Source: Synergistaceae bacterium
GTDB lineage: Bacteria; Synergistota; Synergistia; Synergistales; Aminobacteriaceae
DNA: 64,000 nt
Assembly (NCBI GenBank): GCA_017405525.1
Contig: JAFRAH010000001.1
Coordinates: 31,024 to 95,023 of the forward strand
Direction of reading: 5' to 3'
The position numbers and the translations under genes were made by a program. The notes beneath the pieces were generated by a model. It did not search any database. It was not told the DNA's origin and worked only from the letters and a program-made list of their open reading frames with translations. Shown here in pieces: positions 41,123 through 52,856 of the stretch. The number at the start of each line of letters is the position of its first letter. Within the stretch, counting starts at the first letter, position 1.

Positions 41123-43699
41123 CTATGCCATACGGGCATCACGGCTCTTCTCCTTCATCCTGTGCAATAACTTCAAGGCCTCAATCGGTGTCATGTTGTC
41201 GGTGTCCAGCTCTGCAAGCTCCTCAATTATTGCATCACTCTCAGGTGAGAACATCATTATCTGCCGCCTCAGTGCAACCTGCGGCAACGGGTCAGGTATC
41301 TCGCGCGCCTCTAGTCCCTCGTTCTCGAATACCCCCAAGAGCTCGAATGCCCGCCTCAGCACAACGTCAGGAAGTCCCGCAATTCTCGCAACCTCGATCC
41401 CGTAAGACCTCCCTGCAGGCCCCGGCACTACCTGATGAAGGAACATGATTCCCTCCTTGCCTTCTGCTACCGTCATGCTGTAGTTCTTCACGCCGTCTAA
41501 TCTCTCCTCAAGGCAGGTCAATTCATGGTAGTGTGTCGCGAAAAGAACCCTCGCACGTGATGCCCCCTGCAAGTACTCAAGGACAGCCCAAGCTATACTC
41601 ATCCCGTCATATGTCGCCGTCCCCCTGCCGACTTCATCGAGGACAATGAGGCTCCTGTCAGTTACGTTGTTGAGGATGTTAGCGGTCTCCAGCATCTCAA
41701 CCATGAAGGTGCTTGACCCCCTCACGAGGTCATCACGTGCCCCTATTCTCGTGAAGACCCGGTCAACCAGGCCGATTCTCGCGCTCTCTGCGGGTATCCA
41801 CATTCCGGCTTGGGACATGATTACGAGGAGTGCCGACATTCTGAGCCACGTAGATTTTCCGGCCATGTTGGGCCCGGTGAGGATGATTATGCGGCCTTCA
41901 CGGTCAAGTGTCGCGTCATTGGGGACAAACCCCGCCTCCTTGAGCTCATTCTCGATTACCGGGTGCCTTCCTCCCTTGATGGCTATAACGTCCGAGTCAT
42001 CGACAACGGGGCATGAATAGTTCCTTATCCGCGCAACCTCAGCACATGATGCCGTGCAGTCGAGAATCCCCAAGAGCCGCGCCGTAAGCTGGAGCTCCCT
42101 GCTGTGTTCGAGGACATGGCCGATAACTGAACGGTAGAGCTCACCTTCAAGCTGTGAGATTTCCGCCTCACTGTTCTTCATGCGTGCCTCAAAGTTCTTC
42201 AGCTCAGGGGTGGTGTAACGTTTCGAGTTCACGAGGGTCTGCGTCTGCCTGAAGTAATCCGGCTGGAATGTCAGCCCTCCCCTTCCTGCCTCAAGGTAAT
42301 ACCCGAATGCGTTGGTGTACCCTGCCTTGAGCTTGGGGGTTGATGTTGCCTGCCGCTCGCGTTCGAGGTATTCAGTGAGCCATTGCTCGCCCTTCTCGGT
42401 GATTTCCCGCAGTGATGCAAGCCCTGCATCAAAACTTGAACGTATTACCGGCCATGCTCCGAAGTTCCGGGGTAATTTCTCCTCCAGTGCCTCCTCAAGG
42501 TATGAACTCAGCTCCGAAGTATCAGGCAATGTCCCGATAACCGACCTCAACGGCTCGTCAAGTTCAACGGCTCTTATTGCGGGTATGATCCTGAGTGTCT
42601 CCCGGATTGCCCCCAAGTCCACAGGGCTGCCCGTTCCGAGTGCAAGACGTGATAGTGAGCGTTCAACGTCCCTAGTCCCTGCAAGGCAGTCTTGGAGCTG
42701 TGAGCATTCCCGTACTGACGAGACGAGTACACCGATTGCCTCCTGCCTGCGTCTGATTGCCTGGATGTCCATGAGTGGCCGCAAAATCCAGTCCCTGAGA
42801 GTCCGCCTTCCTGTGTTCGTCCTGCACTTGTCGATTGATGCCATGAGTGAGACGCTCCCGGCTGATGTTTCGGGGATGAGCTCCAAATTCTTCTGTGCGG
42901 CTGAGTCGAGGCTCATTCTGTCCTTGATGAGGAGGGGAGAGAGTTTCAGCACGTCATTGAGTGAGCTGAACTGTGTAGCTGTGAGGTAGTCCAGTGCTGC
43001 CCAAGCCGGGCCCGTGCATGTATCGCCGTCATTGATGCCGAAGCCTTCAAGCCTCGTTGTGTGGAGTGCCGACTTGAGCCTGCCGGAAGCATTTTCGGGC
43101 TTGAACGTCTCAGGTGAGACAGCACGAAGGGTGTAAGCGTTCAGGAACTCAGGGAGCACCTTGATGTTCGAGGGGTAGAGGACTTCACCGGGGGCAAACG
43201 CCGAGATCACAGCCTCAGCATCACGCATTGACAGTGTTCCGGCCTCAAGCTGCCCGGTGTTGACGGACAACAACGCAACAGCAATCCTCCCGCCTTTGAG
43301 CGGCCACACCGAAGCAAGATGTGCCGACTCTGAAGCCTCGTCTTCAGGCAGGTACGTTCCGGGAGTAACGACACGTATAACCCGGCGTTCAACGAGGCCT
43401 TTGGGGTTGGGCTCGCCGATCTGCTCACAGATTGCCGCCCTGAAGCCTGCCTTTATGAGACGGGACAAGTACGAGTTCAGCGCATGATAGGGTATTCCTG
43501 CCATCGGGATTTTCTTTTCGGGATCTCTTGCCGTCAACGCAATATCGAGGACTGAAGCGGCCTGCCTTGCGTCGTCAAAGAACATCTCGTAGAAGTCGCC
43601 CATCCTGAAGAGCAGCAAAGCATCCGGGTAATCTTCTTTGAAGGTCTTGTACTGTTCAAGCCAGGGAGTAATCTTAATGTCAGAAGGTATTATGCTCAT
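41123..43699 (-). CDS. mutS: DNA mismatch repair protein MutS
   Basis: N-terminal mismatch-binding GDFYEMF, Walker A GPNMAGKST, DEVGRGT and TH.HEL. Confidence 0.95.
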   Translation of the reverse strand: MSIIPSDIKITPWLEQYKTFKEDYPDALLLFRMGDFYEMFFDDARQAASVLDIALTARDPEKKIPMAGIPYHALNSYLSRLIKAGFRAAICEQIGEPNPKGLVERRVIRVVTPGTYLPEDEASESAHLASVWPLKGGRIAVALLSVNTGQLEAGTLSMRDAEAVISAFAPGEVLYPSNIKVLPEFLNAYTLRAVSPETFKPENASGRLKSALHTTRLEGFGINDGDTCTGPAWAALDYLTATQFSSLNDVLKLSPLLIKDRMSLDSAAQKNLELIPETSAGSVSLMASIDKCRTNTGRRTLRDWILRPLMDIQAIRRRQEAIGVLVSSVRECSQLQDCLAGTRDVERSLSRLALGTGSPVDLGAIRETLRIIPAIRAVELDEPLRSVIGTLPDTSELSSYLEEALEEKLPRNFGAWPVIRSSFDAGLASLREITEKGEQWLTEYLERERQATSTPKLKAGYTNAFGYYLEAGRGGLTFQPDYFRQTQTLVNSKRYTTPELKNFEARMKNSEAEISQLEGELYRSVIGHVLEHSRELQLTARLLGILDCTASCAEVARIRNYSCPVVDDSDVIAIKGGRHPVIENELKEAGFVPNDATLDREGRIIILTGPNMAGKSTWLRMSALLVIMSQAGMWIPAESARIGLVDRVFTRIGARDDLVRGSSTFMVEMLETANILNNVTDRSLIVLDEVGRGTATYDGMSIAWAVLEYLQGASRARVLFATHYHELTCLEERLDGVKNYSMTVAEGKEGIMFLHQVVPGPAGRSYGIEVARIAGLPDVVLRRAFELLGVFENEGLEAREIPDPLPQVALRRQIMMFSPESDAIIEELAELDTDNMTPIEALKLLHRMKEKSRDARMA

Positions 43700-44427
43700 G
43701 GTTTCCAGCTTTCAGAGTCAGATAGATTTTCGAGTGCGTTCAATATTTTAGCGTATAAGTCGGGTATCTCCTTCCTGAGCTGTGAGATATATTCCCGGAT
43801 TTTCTGACGTTCAGTGTGTCCGTTGAACGGGCAAGGGCTGGAGATTACCGGGAGTTTCAGGCGTTTGACCTCGTCGATAATTGCCGCCTCAGTCGATAGA
43901 ACCAAGGGCCTAATGACCGTTACGCCAGTCCGGGACATTAAGGCTTTGGGCTGGAAGCTCCTTGCGCGCCCGGAGTGTAGGAGGTTGAGCATGAATGTTT
44001 CTGCCGCATCATCGAGAGTGTGGCCGAGTGCGAGCTTGTTGCAGGCGTTCTGTGATGCCCACGAGCTGATTATCCCGCGCCTCATGTTCGCGCAGAATGA
44101 GCAGGGGGATCTCTCGTTTCGTGCCTCAATGATGCCTATGATGTCCTGCTCCAGCACCGTGTAGGGTATGTTCCTGTCCCGGCAGTATTCAGTGAGGGGC
44201 TGAGTATCCATTCCTGAGAGTTTCACCGTGATTGCTGAGAGTGTGAACTTTACCGGGCTCCTTCGCATTAGGTCATGTAGAGCGTGAAGGAGTATGAGGC
44301 TGTCTTTTCCGCCTGAGAGACCGACGAGGACATTATCGCCGGGAGCTATCATGTGCCACTGGGATATAGCCTTGCCGATTTTGCGCCGCAATGAGTTGCA
44401 TAGGGGGTCGTCAAATTTATGTGTCAT
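43696..44427 (-). CDS. ttcA: PP-loop ATPase, tRNA 2-thiocytidine synthase TtcA-like
   Basis: PP-loop VGLSGGKDS and Cys motifs CSFCANMRRG and CPF. ATGA overlap with mutS. Confidence 0.7.
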   Translation of the reverse strand: MTHKFDDPLCNSLRRKIGKAISQWHMIAPGDNVLVGLSGGKDSLILLHALHDLMRRSPVKFTLSAITVKLSGMDTQPLTEYCRDRNIPYTVLEQDIIGIIEARNERSPCSFCANMRRGIISSWASQNACNKLALGHTLDDAAETFMLNLLHSGRARSFQPKALMSRTGVTVIRPLVLSTEAAIIDEVKRLKLPVISSPCPFNGHTERQKIREYISQLRKEIPDLYAKILNALENLSDSESWKP

Positions 44428-44470
44428 GGATATTCATTATACGCTGTGCCGTTATTCAGTGATGGAGGAC

Positions 44471-44502
44471 AAAAAAAAATCCCCCCGCAATTTCACGGGA
44501 GG
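44471..44502 (-). terminator. intrinsic terminator after the V-ATPase operon
   Basis: The minus-strand RNA reads CCUCCCG-loop-CGGGGGG followed by AU9. One G-U pair makes it minus-strand specific. Confidence 0.6.
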
Positions 44503-44523
44503 ACATGAATTTTTCCTCAAGAC

Positions 44524-45144
44524 CTAAGCTGAAACGATTTCCTTAATCTTCATGAGCCTGCTTAACGTGGATCTCTCCTGCTCGTCAAGTTTCATGCTGA
44601 TGTACCTTATCGTCTCCGCAAGGTTCGGAATCATGACGTACTCAAGGGCATTAACCCTTCTTCTTGTGCGCTCAATCTCTCCGGCCATGAGGCGAATGGC
44701 TTTCTCCTCAGCGGCAAGGTGCAACAGCCTCACAATGAGCTTGCTGAACTGCTCAAGAGCGGCATCAAGCAGCAACGGCACGTTCACGAACCCATAATTT
44801 ACCGGGTTGCCTTCCTGCTTAACGTCATACTCAGGAACCATAACGCTCATCACATTATGCCACTGCACCGACAGCGTAGAGTTTGCGCCGGGGAAGATTA
44901 ACGCCTGCTCCAGAATCTCCGGGGTTGTCTGTGCACGTGAGAGAACAAAAGTCCCGTAGCACTCCGCAAGTTCCTTCTCGACAGCCTCGCGTAACTCTTT
45001 GCCCGCGCGTGCCTTCTCAAGGAATGCCTTAATCAGTGCGTCCTGTTTGTCCTTCAGGAGCTTGTGCCCACGTTTCGCCACAGCAAGCCTCTTCTTGAGC
45101 CTCGACAGCTCCATACGGTTGGGGTTGACATTGATGCGTGCCAT
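44524..45144 (-). CDS. atpD: V-type ATPase subunit D
   Basis: NPNRMELSRLKKRLAVAKRGHKLLKDK N-terminus typical of V/A-type D. Last gene of the operon. Confidence 0.9.
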   Translation of the reverse strand: MARINVNPNRMELSRLKKRLAVAKRGHKLLKDKQDALIKAFLEKARAGKELREAVEKELAECYGTFVLSRAQTTPEILEQALIFPGANSTLSVQWHNVMSVMVPEYDVKQEGNPVNYGFVNVPLLLDAALEQFSKLIVRLLHLAAEEKAIRLMAGEIERTRRRVNALEYVMIPNLAETIRYISMKLDEQERSTLSRLMKIKEIVSA

Positions 45145-45161
45145 CGGTCAGATCCCCTTCC

Positions 45162-46568
45162 TTACTCTGCCGCCTTCTCAGCCTTGGCCTTAAGCAGCGG
45201 GTTCAAGTACTTCTCTATGTAGGCATCCCTGATTCTCTTGAGTTCCTTGACCGGTATCATCGTCAGGAGTTCCCAGCCGAGCTCAAGAGTTTCCTTTATC
45301 GTCCTGTTCTCGTACTCGCCCTGCCTGACGTACCTGTCCTCGAAAACTGTCGAGAACTTCGCGAACGCCTTATCCTCGTCCGAAAGAGCACCTTCACCGA
45401 GAATTACTGCAAGCTCCTTAGCCTCCTTGCCCCTCGCATATGCCGCAAAGAGCTGGTTCATCAGGTCTGCATGATCCTCGCGTGTCTTGTCGCGCCCTAT
45501 ACCCTTATCCTTCAGCCTCGAAAGTGAAGGCATAACGTCAACCGGCGGATATATGCCCTGCCTGTGCAAGCTCCTGCTGAGGATTATCTGCCCCTCAGTG
45601 ATGTAGCCCGTAAGGTCAGGGATTGGGTGTGTCTTGTCGTCTTCAGGCATCGTGAGTATGGGTATCTGCGTGATTGAGCCTGATTTGCCCTTGAGCCTTC
45701 CTGCGCGCTCGTACATTGTCGCAAGGTCAGTGTACAGGTAGCCGGGATAGCCGCGACGGCCGGGAACTTCTTTCCTTGCCGCCGAAATCTCTCGCAGTGC
45801 CTCGCAGTAGTTCGTGAGGTCGGTCAAGATTACGACAACATGCATGTTGCACTCAAACGCTAGGTACTCTGCCGCAGTGAGAGCTATACGCGGGGTTGAT
45901 ATACGCTCGATTGCCGGGTCATCTGCAAGGTTGATGTAGAGAACTGTACGCTGAAGTGCGCCCGTCCTCCTGAAGTCCTCCATGAAGAATGATGCTTCCT
46001 CGAACGTGATGCCCATTGCCGCGAAGACAACCGCAAAATCTTCATGGCCGCTGATGACTGTTGCCTGACGCGCTATTTGTGCCGCCATACGGTTATGGGG
46101 AAGTCCTGACGCTGAGAATATCGGGAGCTTCTGACCCCTGACCATCGGGTTAAGTCCGTCAATGGTAGAAATTCCCGTCTGTATGAACTCGGAAGGATAA
46201 TCGCGGGAAAACGGGTTCATGGGCATTCCGTTAATGTCAAGGTTCTGCTCAGCAATGAGGGGAGCTCCGCCGTCAATGGGTTCACCGCGTCCGTTGAAGA
46301 CTCGGCCTAACATGTCGCGCGAAACAGGAAGGGTTAAGACCTTGCCGACAAACCTAACCTTTGTGTCCTCGTTCTCGATTCCCGTTGTTCCCTCGAAAAC
46401 CTGAACCAATGCCCTGTCGCTCTCAATCTCAAGAACTCTGCCCCTGCGCTTGTCCCCATTGGCTAGGGTTATCTCAACAAGCTCATCATACATAACATCC
46501 TGAGTTTTCTCGACCATCATTAGAGGGCCTGAGATGCTTGATATTGTCCTGTACTCTCTAGGCAGCAT
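45162..46568 (-). CDS. atpB: V-type ATPase subunit B
   Basis: [20 protein letters not shown] start. Non-catalytic B-type nucleotide site, with the [14 protein letters not shown] and PILTMPEDD regions. GGAGG SD 8 nt before ATG 46568. Confidence 0.93.
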   Translation of the reverse strand: MLPREYRTISSISGPLMMVEKTQDVMYDELVEITLANGDKRRGRVLEIESDRALVQVFEGTTGIENEDTKVRFVGKVLTLPVSRDMLGRVFNGRGEPIDGGAPLIAEQNLDINGMPMNPFSRDYPSEFIQTGISTIDGLNPMVRGQKLPIFSASGLPHNRMAAQIARQATVISGHEDFAVVFAAMGITFEEASFFMEDFRRTGALQRTVLYINLADDPAIERISTPRIALTAAEYLAFECNMHVVVILTDLTNYCEALREISAARKEVPGRRGYPGYLYTDLATMYERAGRLKGKSGSITQIPILTMPEDDKTHPIPDLTGYITEGQIILSRSLHRQGIYPPVDVMPSLSRLKDKGIGRDKTREDHADLMNQLFAAYARGKEAKELAVILGEGALSDEDKAFAKFSTVFEDRYVRQGEYENRTIKETLELGWELLTMIPVKELKRIRDAYIEKYLNPLLKAKAEKAAE

Positions 46569-48351
46569 TCGTATCACCTCCGACAGGGATTATTCCGTTA
46601 ATCTGCTCCTTGATTGTGTCATCGAGCTTGTCTATCTGGGCAATATCCTTCTCCTCAAGGTAGCGCATCCTCGCAATCTGTTCACGCACAGGCAGGTTGA
46701 AGAGCTTGTTCATCGGTGCGCCCTTATGGAGTGCGTCAAGTCCGGCATGATGGAAGGCTATTATTGTCTTGAGCATCTTGAACTGCTTGTCCATTGATGC
46801 ATAGGTGTCGATCTCATGGAACGCGTTCTGATGGAGGAAGTCCTCACGAAGGGATTTTGCCGTCTCCATAACCATGCGCTCATCACGTGAAAGTGCATCG
46901 ATACCTACGAGCCTTACGACCTCGTTCAACTGTGCTTCCTGCTCAAGGAGTCCCATAGCCTCAACCCTGAGACCGCTCCACTGGTCATCAAATTTCTCGT
47001 CCCAATAGGGGTCAAGCCTCTCTGTGTAGAGTGAATAGCTGTTGAGCCAGTTGATGGCCGGGAAGTGCCTCTGATACGCAAGGTTAGCGTCAAGTCCCCA
47101 GAATACTTTGGTAACGCGCAATGTGTTCTGAGTAACGGGCTCGGACAAGTCTCCGCCGGGAGGTGATACTGCCCCGATGACGGTAATGCTTCCCTCGCGG
47201 CCGTCTTTGCCGTTGACTATGCAGCGTCCAGCCCTCTCGTAGAATGACGCAAGACGTGTTCCGAGATATGCGGGGTAACCTTCCTCACCGGGCATTTCCT
47301 CAAGTCGTCCTGACATCTCGCGGAGTGCCTCAGCCCAGCGGCTCGTTGAGTCGGCCATGAGCGCGACCGAATAGCCCATGTCCCTGTAGTACTCAGCAAG
47401 GGTTATTGCCGTGTAGACGCTTGCTTCACGTGCGGCAACGGGCATGTTCGAGGTGTTGGCGATTAGTGTTGTACGCTTCATGAGGGGCTGGCCTGTCTGC
47501 GGGTCGTCAAGCTCCGGGAACTCAAGGAGAACGTCCGTCATCTCGTTACCGCGCTCACCACAGCCAACGTAAACGACTATCTGAGCCTGTGCCCATTTCG
47601 CGAACTGGTGCTGTATGACCGTCTTACCTGAGCCGAAGGGTCCGGGAACACATGCAGTTCCGCCCAACGCAACCGGGAAGAACGCATCAACTACCCTCTG
47701 CCCTGTCGTCATTGGGACGTTGGGGGCTAGACGTGTCTTAACGGGTCTGGGTTTTCGCACCGGCCAACGCTGGAGCATCTTCACTTCATGCTTTGTGCCG
47801 TTGTCATCGATTACCGCTATTACGTCCTCGATTGTGTGCTCGCCCTTCTCGATTTTTGCGACCTTGCCCTTGATCCCAAAAGGCACCATGATTCTGTGCT
47901 CGACTACTACCGTCTCCTGAACTGTTCCGAGAATATCACCGGCTATGACTTCATCCCCGGCCTTGACTTTGGGCTCAAAGTTCCACTTCTTCTTGCGGTC
48001 AAGTGCAGGGACGCTGATACCCCTTGAGATGTAGGGGCTCTTTGCGGCGTTCTCGATAAGTTCAAGCGGCCTCTGTATTCCGTCGTAGAACTGCTCAATA
48101 ATCCCCGGCCCAAGCTCAACGCTCAAAGGTTCGCCCATCGACACAACAGGTTCACCGGGCTTCAGTCCTGATGTCTCCTCGTAGACCTGTATCGATGCCT
48201 TGTCGCCGTTTACCTCCAGTATTTCGCCGACTAGTCCGAGTTCGCCGATATGCACAACGTCCTGCATACTTGCGCCCTCCATACCGCCAGCGACTACAAG
48301 AGAGCCGGAGATCCTCTCTATTACTCCTTTTACTTCTTTCTTGTCAGGCAT
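46558..48351 (-). CDS. atpA: V-type ATPase catalytic subunit A
   Basis: Walker [17 protein letters not shown], the non-homologous insert typical of A subunits, and [10 protein letters not shown]. Confidence 0.95.
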   Translation of the reverse strand: MPDKKEVKGVIERISGSLVVAGGMEGASMQDVVHIGELGLVGEILEVNGDKASIQVYEETSGLKPGEPVVSMGEPLSVELGPGIIEQFYDGIQRPLELIENAAKSPYISRGISVPALDRKKKWNFEPKVKAGDEVIAGDILGTVQETVVVEHRIMVPFGIKGKVAKIEKGEHTIEDVIAVIDDNGTKHEVKMLQRWPVRKPRPVKTRLAPNVPMTTGQRVVDAFFPVALGGTACVPGPFGSGKTVIQHQFAKWAQAQIVVYVGCGERGNEMTDVLLEFPELDDPQTGQPLMKRTTLIANTSNMPVAAREASVYTAITLAEYYRDMGYSVALMADSTSRWAEALREMSGRLEEMPGEEGYPAYLGTRLASFYERAGRCIVNGKDGREGSITVIGAVSPPGGDLSEPVTQNTLRVTKVFWGLDANLAYQRHFPAINWLNSYSLYTERLDPYWDEKFDDQWSGLRVEAMGLLEQEAQLNEVVRLVGIDALSRDERMVMETAKSLREDFLHQNAFHEIDTYASMDKQFKMLKTIIAFHHAGLDALHKGAPMNKLFNLPVREQIARMRYLEEKDIAQIDKLDDTIKEQINGIIPVGGDTNAA

Positions 48352-48389
48352 TTAATATCTCCCGCCTCCGTTTATTTTTCTCATCATCT

Positions 48390-48722
48390 TTAACGTTCCG
48401 CAAAAATATCCATACCGACAGCCTTCTCAACGCTTCCCCGGATTGAGGCAAGCCCCGCTCCCGTTGCACCTGATGGGCCAGGAACTGGAAGGACGCTCGT
48501 ATGATATTTATCGTTGATTTCCTCGACTTTGGCCGTGAACTCGACGAACAGATCCTCCTGAATGAACACGACCGCATAATCCTCGCGCGCAAGCTGTTCC
48601 AGTGTAGCCTCGAATGTCCTGCGTGTCTCCGGCGTAAGGATGACGCTCTTCACTCCGACAGCCTGGAAGGGTAATGCCATCTCGTAGCTCCCTATTGCTG
48701 CCATGGGCTTGTTATCTGCCAT
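48390..48722 (-). CDS. atpF: V-type ATPase subunit F
   Basis: 110 aa with the GFxxxG-type fold signature (ALPFQAVGV...AVVFIQEDL). Position between C and A. GAGGAGG SD. Confidence 0.8.
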   Translation of the reverse strand: MADNKPMAAIGSYEMALPFQAVGVKSVILTPETRRTFEATLEQLAREDYAVVFIQEDLFVEFTAKVEEINDKYHTSVLPVPGPSGATGAGLASIRGSVEKAVGMDIFAER

Positions 48723-49713
48723 TGCTCAGAAGCCTCCTCCCAAATTCGCGGTCAAGACCTCCCGCAACACAGACAAGAGCAACCCGCATGTTCCTCGTCT
48801 CTGCCTCTTTCGTGAGCAAATAGAGAAGGACATTAGCCGGGGCATCCATTGAGTATTTCGCGCCATCAAGTACACGTATGAGGTAGTCATCGAGGGATTT
48901 CGACACGTCAGAGAGTGCCGCCTTCATGTCCCCTGATTCCTGGAGTGCTCCGAGTACGCCCGCAATGTCAGTGTGTGATAGAAGCCTGCTCCATGTCTCC
49001 TGTGGCTCATTGAGGAGCCTGGCCATGTCGTCAGCCCTGATGTTCCCGCCGTCATGGAAGAAGGGCAGTGCCTTGGTGCTGTCGTACTTCATGCGTGAAA
49101 GCCTCACTGCACTGCGGAGGTTCTCGGCATCAATACGCGACTTCACCCACTGGACTATTTCCGGCATCTTCAGACCCTCAGCAACCCCAAGCATTGCCCT
49201 GAACATCTGGTGATCTATCAGGAGCTCAACGGCCTGAGCGTTCTTTGTTGCGTCCCATAACTGCCAGCACTGGGGGATTAAGTCAGTCAGTCCGTAGGGC
49301 AGGAAACCGTATTCTTCGGTCTCTATTGCGTTGGTCAGCTCCTCAGCGTCAATAGTTCCCAGCTTCGAGAGAAGATCATAACGCCGTCCCTCTGACTCGC
49401 CGCCCCTGACCTTGAACAGTCCCTTCAAGAGCACCTTGACGTTATGGAAGTCATAGGGGAGCCTGAAAATGTCCAAGAGCTCCTTATCCGGCACAAAGGT
49501 CTTCAGTTCCTCACAAGTTGCGAGCATTTCGGAGTCAATGGCCTTGTCGAAATTCCCGCCGTTCTGTGAAATCCACTGTGAATAGCTCGTCTCACCGAGT
49601 GCCTTCAATGCGTCATCAATGCCTGCGCTGTCCATGAGGCGCGAGAAAAATGCCGTGTCCAGTATGTGATTTTCCATACCCCGCAAACGTGCTACGGTGT
49701 ATACGTAACTCAC
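48712..49713 (-). CDS. atpC: V-type ATPase subunit C (eukaryotic d homologue)
   Basis: 333 aa, all-helical, YVYTVARLRGMENHIL N-terminus typical of the family. GTG start with a GGGAGGTG SD. Confidence 0.85.
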   Translation of the reverse strand: MSYVYTVARLRGMENHILDTAFFSRLMDSAGIDDALKALGETSYSQWISQNGGNFDKAIDSEMLATCEELKTFVPDKELLDIFRLPYDFHNVKVLLKGLFKVRGGESEGRRYDLLSKLGTIDAEELTNAIETEEYGFLPYGLTDLIPQCWQLWDATKNAQAVELLIDHQMFRAMLGVAEGLKMPEIVQWVKSRIDAENLRSAVRLSRMKYDSTKALPFFHDGGNIRADDMARLLNEPQETWSRLLSHTDIAGVLGALQESGDMKAALSDVSKSLDDYLIRVLDGAKYSMDAPANVLLYLLTKEAETRNMRVALVCVAGGLDREFGRRLLSNGR

Positions 49714-49728
49714 GACAACAGCACCTCC

Positions 49729-50307
49729 CTACGCAAACAAACGCTTCACGACTTCTGTCTCAATGTCAGCGCGCGCGTCCGCAATAAGCATCTCCCACGA
49801 ACAATTAGTGTCGATACGGTCATTCCTGAGGACGAATCCCCCGGCAATAGGCAGCCTCTCGCCCGAAAGCGTCAGTGATGTCTTGTGCGATGCGTTGTAG
49901 CCGTCAAGCCATCTCTGGTCTAAGTGCTTCTCGTCCTTCCCGACAAAGACAACCTCACTGCCCGTTACGACAGCCTGAGACATGAGCTTGTCCGCAAACT
50001 TCACGTACTTGTCCGGGGCAAGACTGACCATCTGCTTGAGTGCTTCCTCGAATGCCTCGCCCATGAGACGCTGGCGGACTCCGAGGTCTACACGTTTCGC
50101 GTCAAGTTCTGCCACTATCTCGCGCCGTCTGAGTACTTCAGGCTCTTCACGACCAAGTCTTGCGGCATATGAGTCCTGGACTTCCTTGATCTCGGCGTTG
50201 ACCTTGCGGCTTATCTCGCGGACCTTCGCGTCATTCTCTGCCTCTAGTGCCTTTATCTGCGCCTGTGAATCTGCTTTGATCTTTGCTTTTATGTCTGCAA
50301 GTGCCAT
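49729..50307 (-). CDS. atpE: V-type ATPase subunit E
   Basis: 192 aa with a long N-terminal charged helix (IKADSQAQIKALEAENDAKVREI) and a globular C-terminus. Confidence 0.85.
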   Translation of the reverse strand: MALADIKAKIKADSQAQIKALEAENDAKVREISRKVNAEIKEVQDSYAARLGREEPEVLRRREIVAELDAKRVDLGVRQRLMGEAFEEALKQMVSLAPDKYVKFADKLMSQAVVTGSEVVFVGKDEKHLDQRWLDGYNASHKTSLTLSGERLPIAGGFVLRNDRIDTNCSWEMLIADARADIETEVVKRLFA

Positions 50308-50325
50308 TCTTCAACACCTGCCCGA

Positions 50326-50814
<489 letters not shown>

Positions 50815-50855
50815 TTACACGTTCCTTTCGTGAATGAATATATTTGTTGCCTGAT

Positions 50856-52856
50856 TTACGCCTTCACATTCACAAATTCCTGTGAGAGCGTCAACGGGGT
50901 AAACGGTTCTCCGCCTCCCGTGTAGAACTTGCCGAAAAACTCAACATACTGAAGCCTCAACGGGTGAACGAATGAGCCCAGAATGTTTATTGCGATGCTG
51001 AAGATATGTCCGCCGATAATCACGACAATAGCCACAAGCCAGCCCACATATGGAATGTCAGCCGCAAGACCGCCAAGAAGGTTGATGACCATTCCGATGA
51101 CTGCCGAGCCGAAACCTAACGCTAAGAGCCTGCTGTAGCTGAGGATGTCGCCGAGATATGACGTTGAGCCGTAAAGCGCAAGGAAGCCGTTGATGATTTT
51201 CTTGAACCAGTTGGGCTCGCCCTTGCCCGCGTAAACGAAGATTATCACAGCTCCAAGTACTGCCATTGCCTGCCCTACCTGCACGAAGTGAGGGGGTATC
51301 ATTCCGCCCAAGCCCACACCGAACAAGCACAAGCCCACAATCAGCAGGAACCATGATATATCGTTGCCCACAGCGTCAATGAACTCGCCGTGCCTTATCT
51401 TGTCGTATGCCGCAATCAAGAGCCCGAACATCAGGTGAATCACTCCCAGCAACAGGGAAATTCCAAGCACCTGCATGGGGTTGGTCATGGGGTCAACAAG
51501 CATCAATGAGTTCTTCAGGGGGATTAGTACCGGCACAAAGCTGTCGATAAAGTTCCCGAAGAATGAGCCGGATATTACGCCGTAAATGAATGTCGACACC
51601 GAGCAGAAAAGGAACAGCGTAATGAAGTCCTTAACGCCGAGTGATATTTTCTTGTACTTCCTGAAAACGTAAAGTATCGTCCCAAACACAACGATTGCAT
51701 AGCCCGCATCACCTAAGCACATTCCGAAGAATATCCAGAAGAACGGCGCAAGCAACGGCGTGGGATCAATTCCCCTGTATTTCGGCGACGAGTAAAGCTC
51801 CGTCAGAATGTTGAACGGCCTCACCATGTCCCCGTTGTTCAGGAGTGAAGGAGGCTCCTCATCTGCCGCAGGGTCATTCAGCGTAAGCTCAATCTCCGGG
51901 CTTATGGCCTCGATCTTCTGCCGTATATCGTCAGACTTCTCCGCAGGCAGCCAGAATTTCGTGAGCATTACCGAGTCAGTCTCCTCACTCATGGCCGTAC
52001 CGTTGTAGCGTGTCGCAAGGCTGTTGTAGTAGTCCGAGAGTTTCTGCACCGTCGGAACGTTCTGTTCAGCGAGCTCCGACATTTTCGCGGCTAACTGTGC
52101 TTCTTTGGCCTCAAGCTCCGAGACTGCTCCCGTGAACTTCTCCTTCTCCTCGTCAGCAGTCCCGGTGAATGACGCAGGGACTTCAACGAATGAGAGCCCG
52201 TTCTTTGCGCATACTTCCTTGATTTCAGCCTCAATACTGCGTGAGTAAATCAGCGCGGCGTAAACTTCCTGGGCGTTCTTCTCGTCGTAGGGAGCTATGA
52301 TTAGTTCGCTATCCTGAGCATACTTTGAGAGGTCTCCTAGTGCCGCCTTGAGACCGCTGACACTTCCGGGCTTCAGTGTTCCGATGAGGCCGGTTAATGT
52401 CTTTGTTCCTTCCGTGATAACTGAGAGAGGGTAGGGGAAAAATTCCAGCGAGGACAGTATTGACGTGTTCAGCCGGGCTTCCGAGAGCTTCAGCCTGACC
52501 TCTCCTGTTTCGTGTTCAACTGCGCGTGTCTTATCGCAAACCGCCTTCAAGTCCGTCGTTGATGCCAGTTCCTGAAGTTCAGACATGGTAACATCAGGAC
52601 GGTCTCCTAGCATTCTGTCGAGAGCCGGTACTGGGTCAACATAATGAGGGGTGAGCGTTCTGGTCAAGTAACGGACATCTGCGAGCTTCTCATCAATGCC
52701 GGAAATGAGAGCGTCAACATCAGCGGGGGGTCTGTGGTTTTCTTCGGAGGTGCTGATGATCTGACATGCTCCGGTTTCCTGAAGAGCCGCCGCAACCTGT
52801 TCATGAACGGATTTGTGATAATACAGTTCTGCCTTCTTAAGCCTGGCTACTCCCAT
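50856..52856 (-). CDS. atpI: V-type ATPase subunit I (a-subunit homologue)
   Basis: 666 aa with an N-terminal cytoplasmic coiled-coil half and a C-terminal multi-TM half containing the conserved LRLQYVEFF-type Arg helix (HPLRLQYVEFFGKFY). Confidence 0.9.
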   Translation of the reverse strand: MGVARLKKAELYYHKSVHEQVAAALQETGACQIISTSEENHRPPADVDALISGIDEKLADVRYLTRTLTPHYVDPVPALDRMLGDRPDVTMSELQELASTTDLKAVCDKTRAVEHETGEVRLKLSEARLNTSILSSLEFFPYPLSVITEGTKTLTGLIGTLKPGSVSGLKAALGDLSKYAQDSELIIAPYDEKNAQEVYAALIYSRSIEAEIKEVCAKNGLSFVEVPASFTGTADEEKEKFTGAVSELEAKEAQLAAKMSELAEQNVPTVQKLSDYYNSLATRYNGTAMSEETDSVMLTKFWLPAEKSDDIRQKIEAISPEIELTLNDPAADEEPPSLLNNGDMVRPFNILTELYSSPKYRGIDPTPLLAPFFWIFFGMCLGDAGYAIVVFGTILYVFRKYKKISLGVKDFITLFLFCSVSTFIYGVISGSFFGNFIDSFVPVLIPLKNSLMLVDPMTNPMQVLGISLLLGVIHLMFGLLIAAYDKIRHGEFIDAVGNDISWFLLIVGLCLFGVGLGGMIPPHFVQVGQAMAVLGAVIIFVYAGKGEPNWFKKIINGFLALYGSTSYLGDILSYSRLLALGFGSAVIGMVINLLGGLAADIPYVGWLVAIVVIIGGHIFSIAINILGSFVHPLRLQYVEFFGKFYTGGGEPFTPLTLSQEFVNVKA

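Noticed and set aside
42312-42989. 225-aa + strand ORF inside mutS
   Set aside because: It is antisense to an unambiguous mutS, with Ser/Arg-rich shadow composition.
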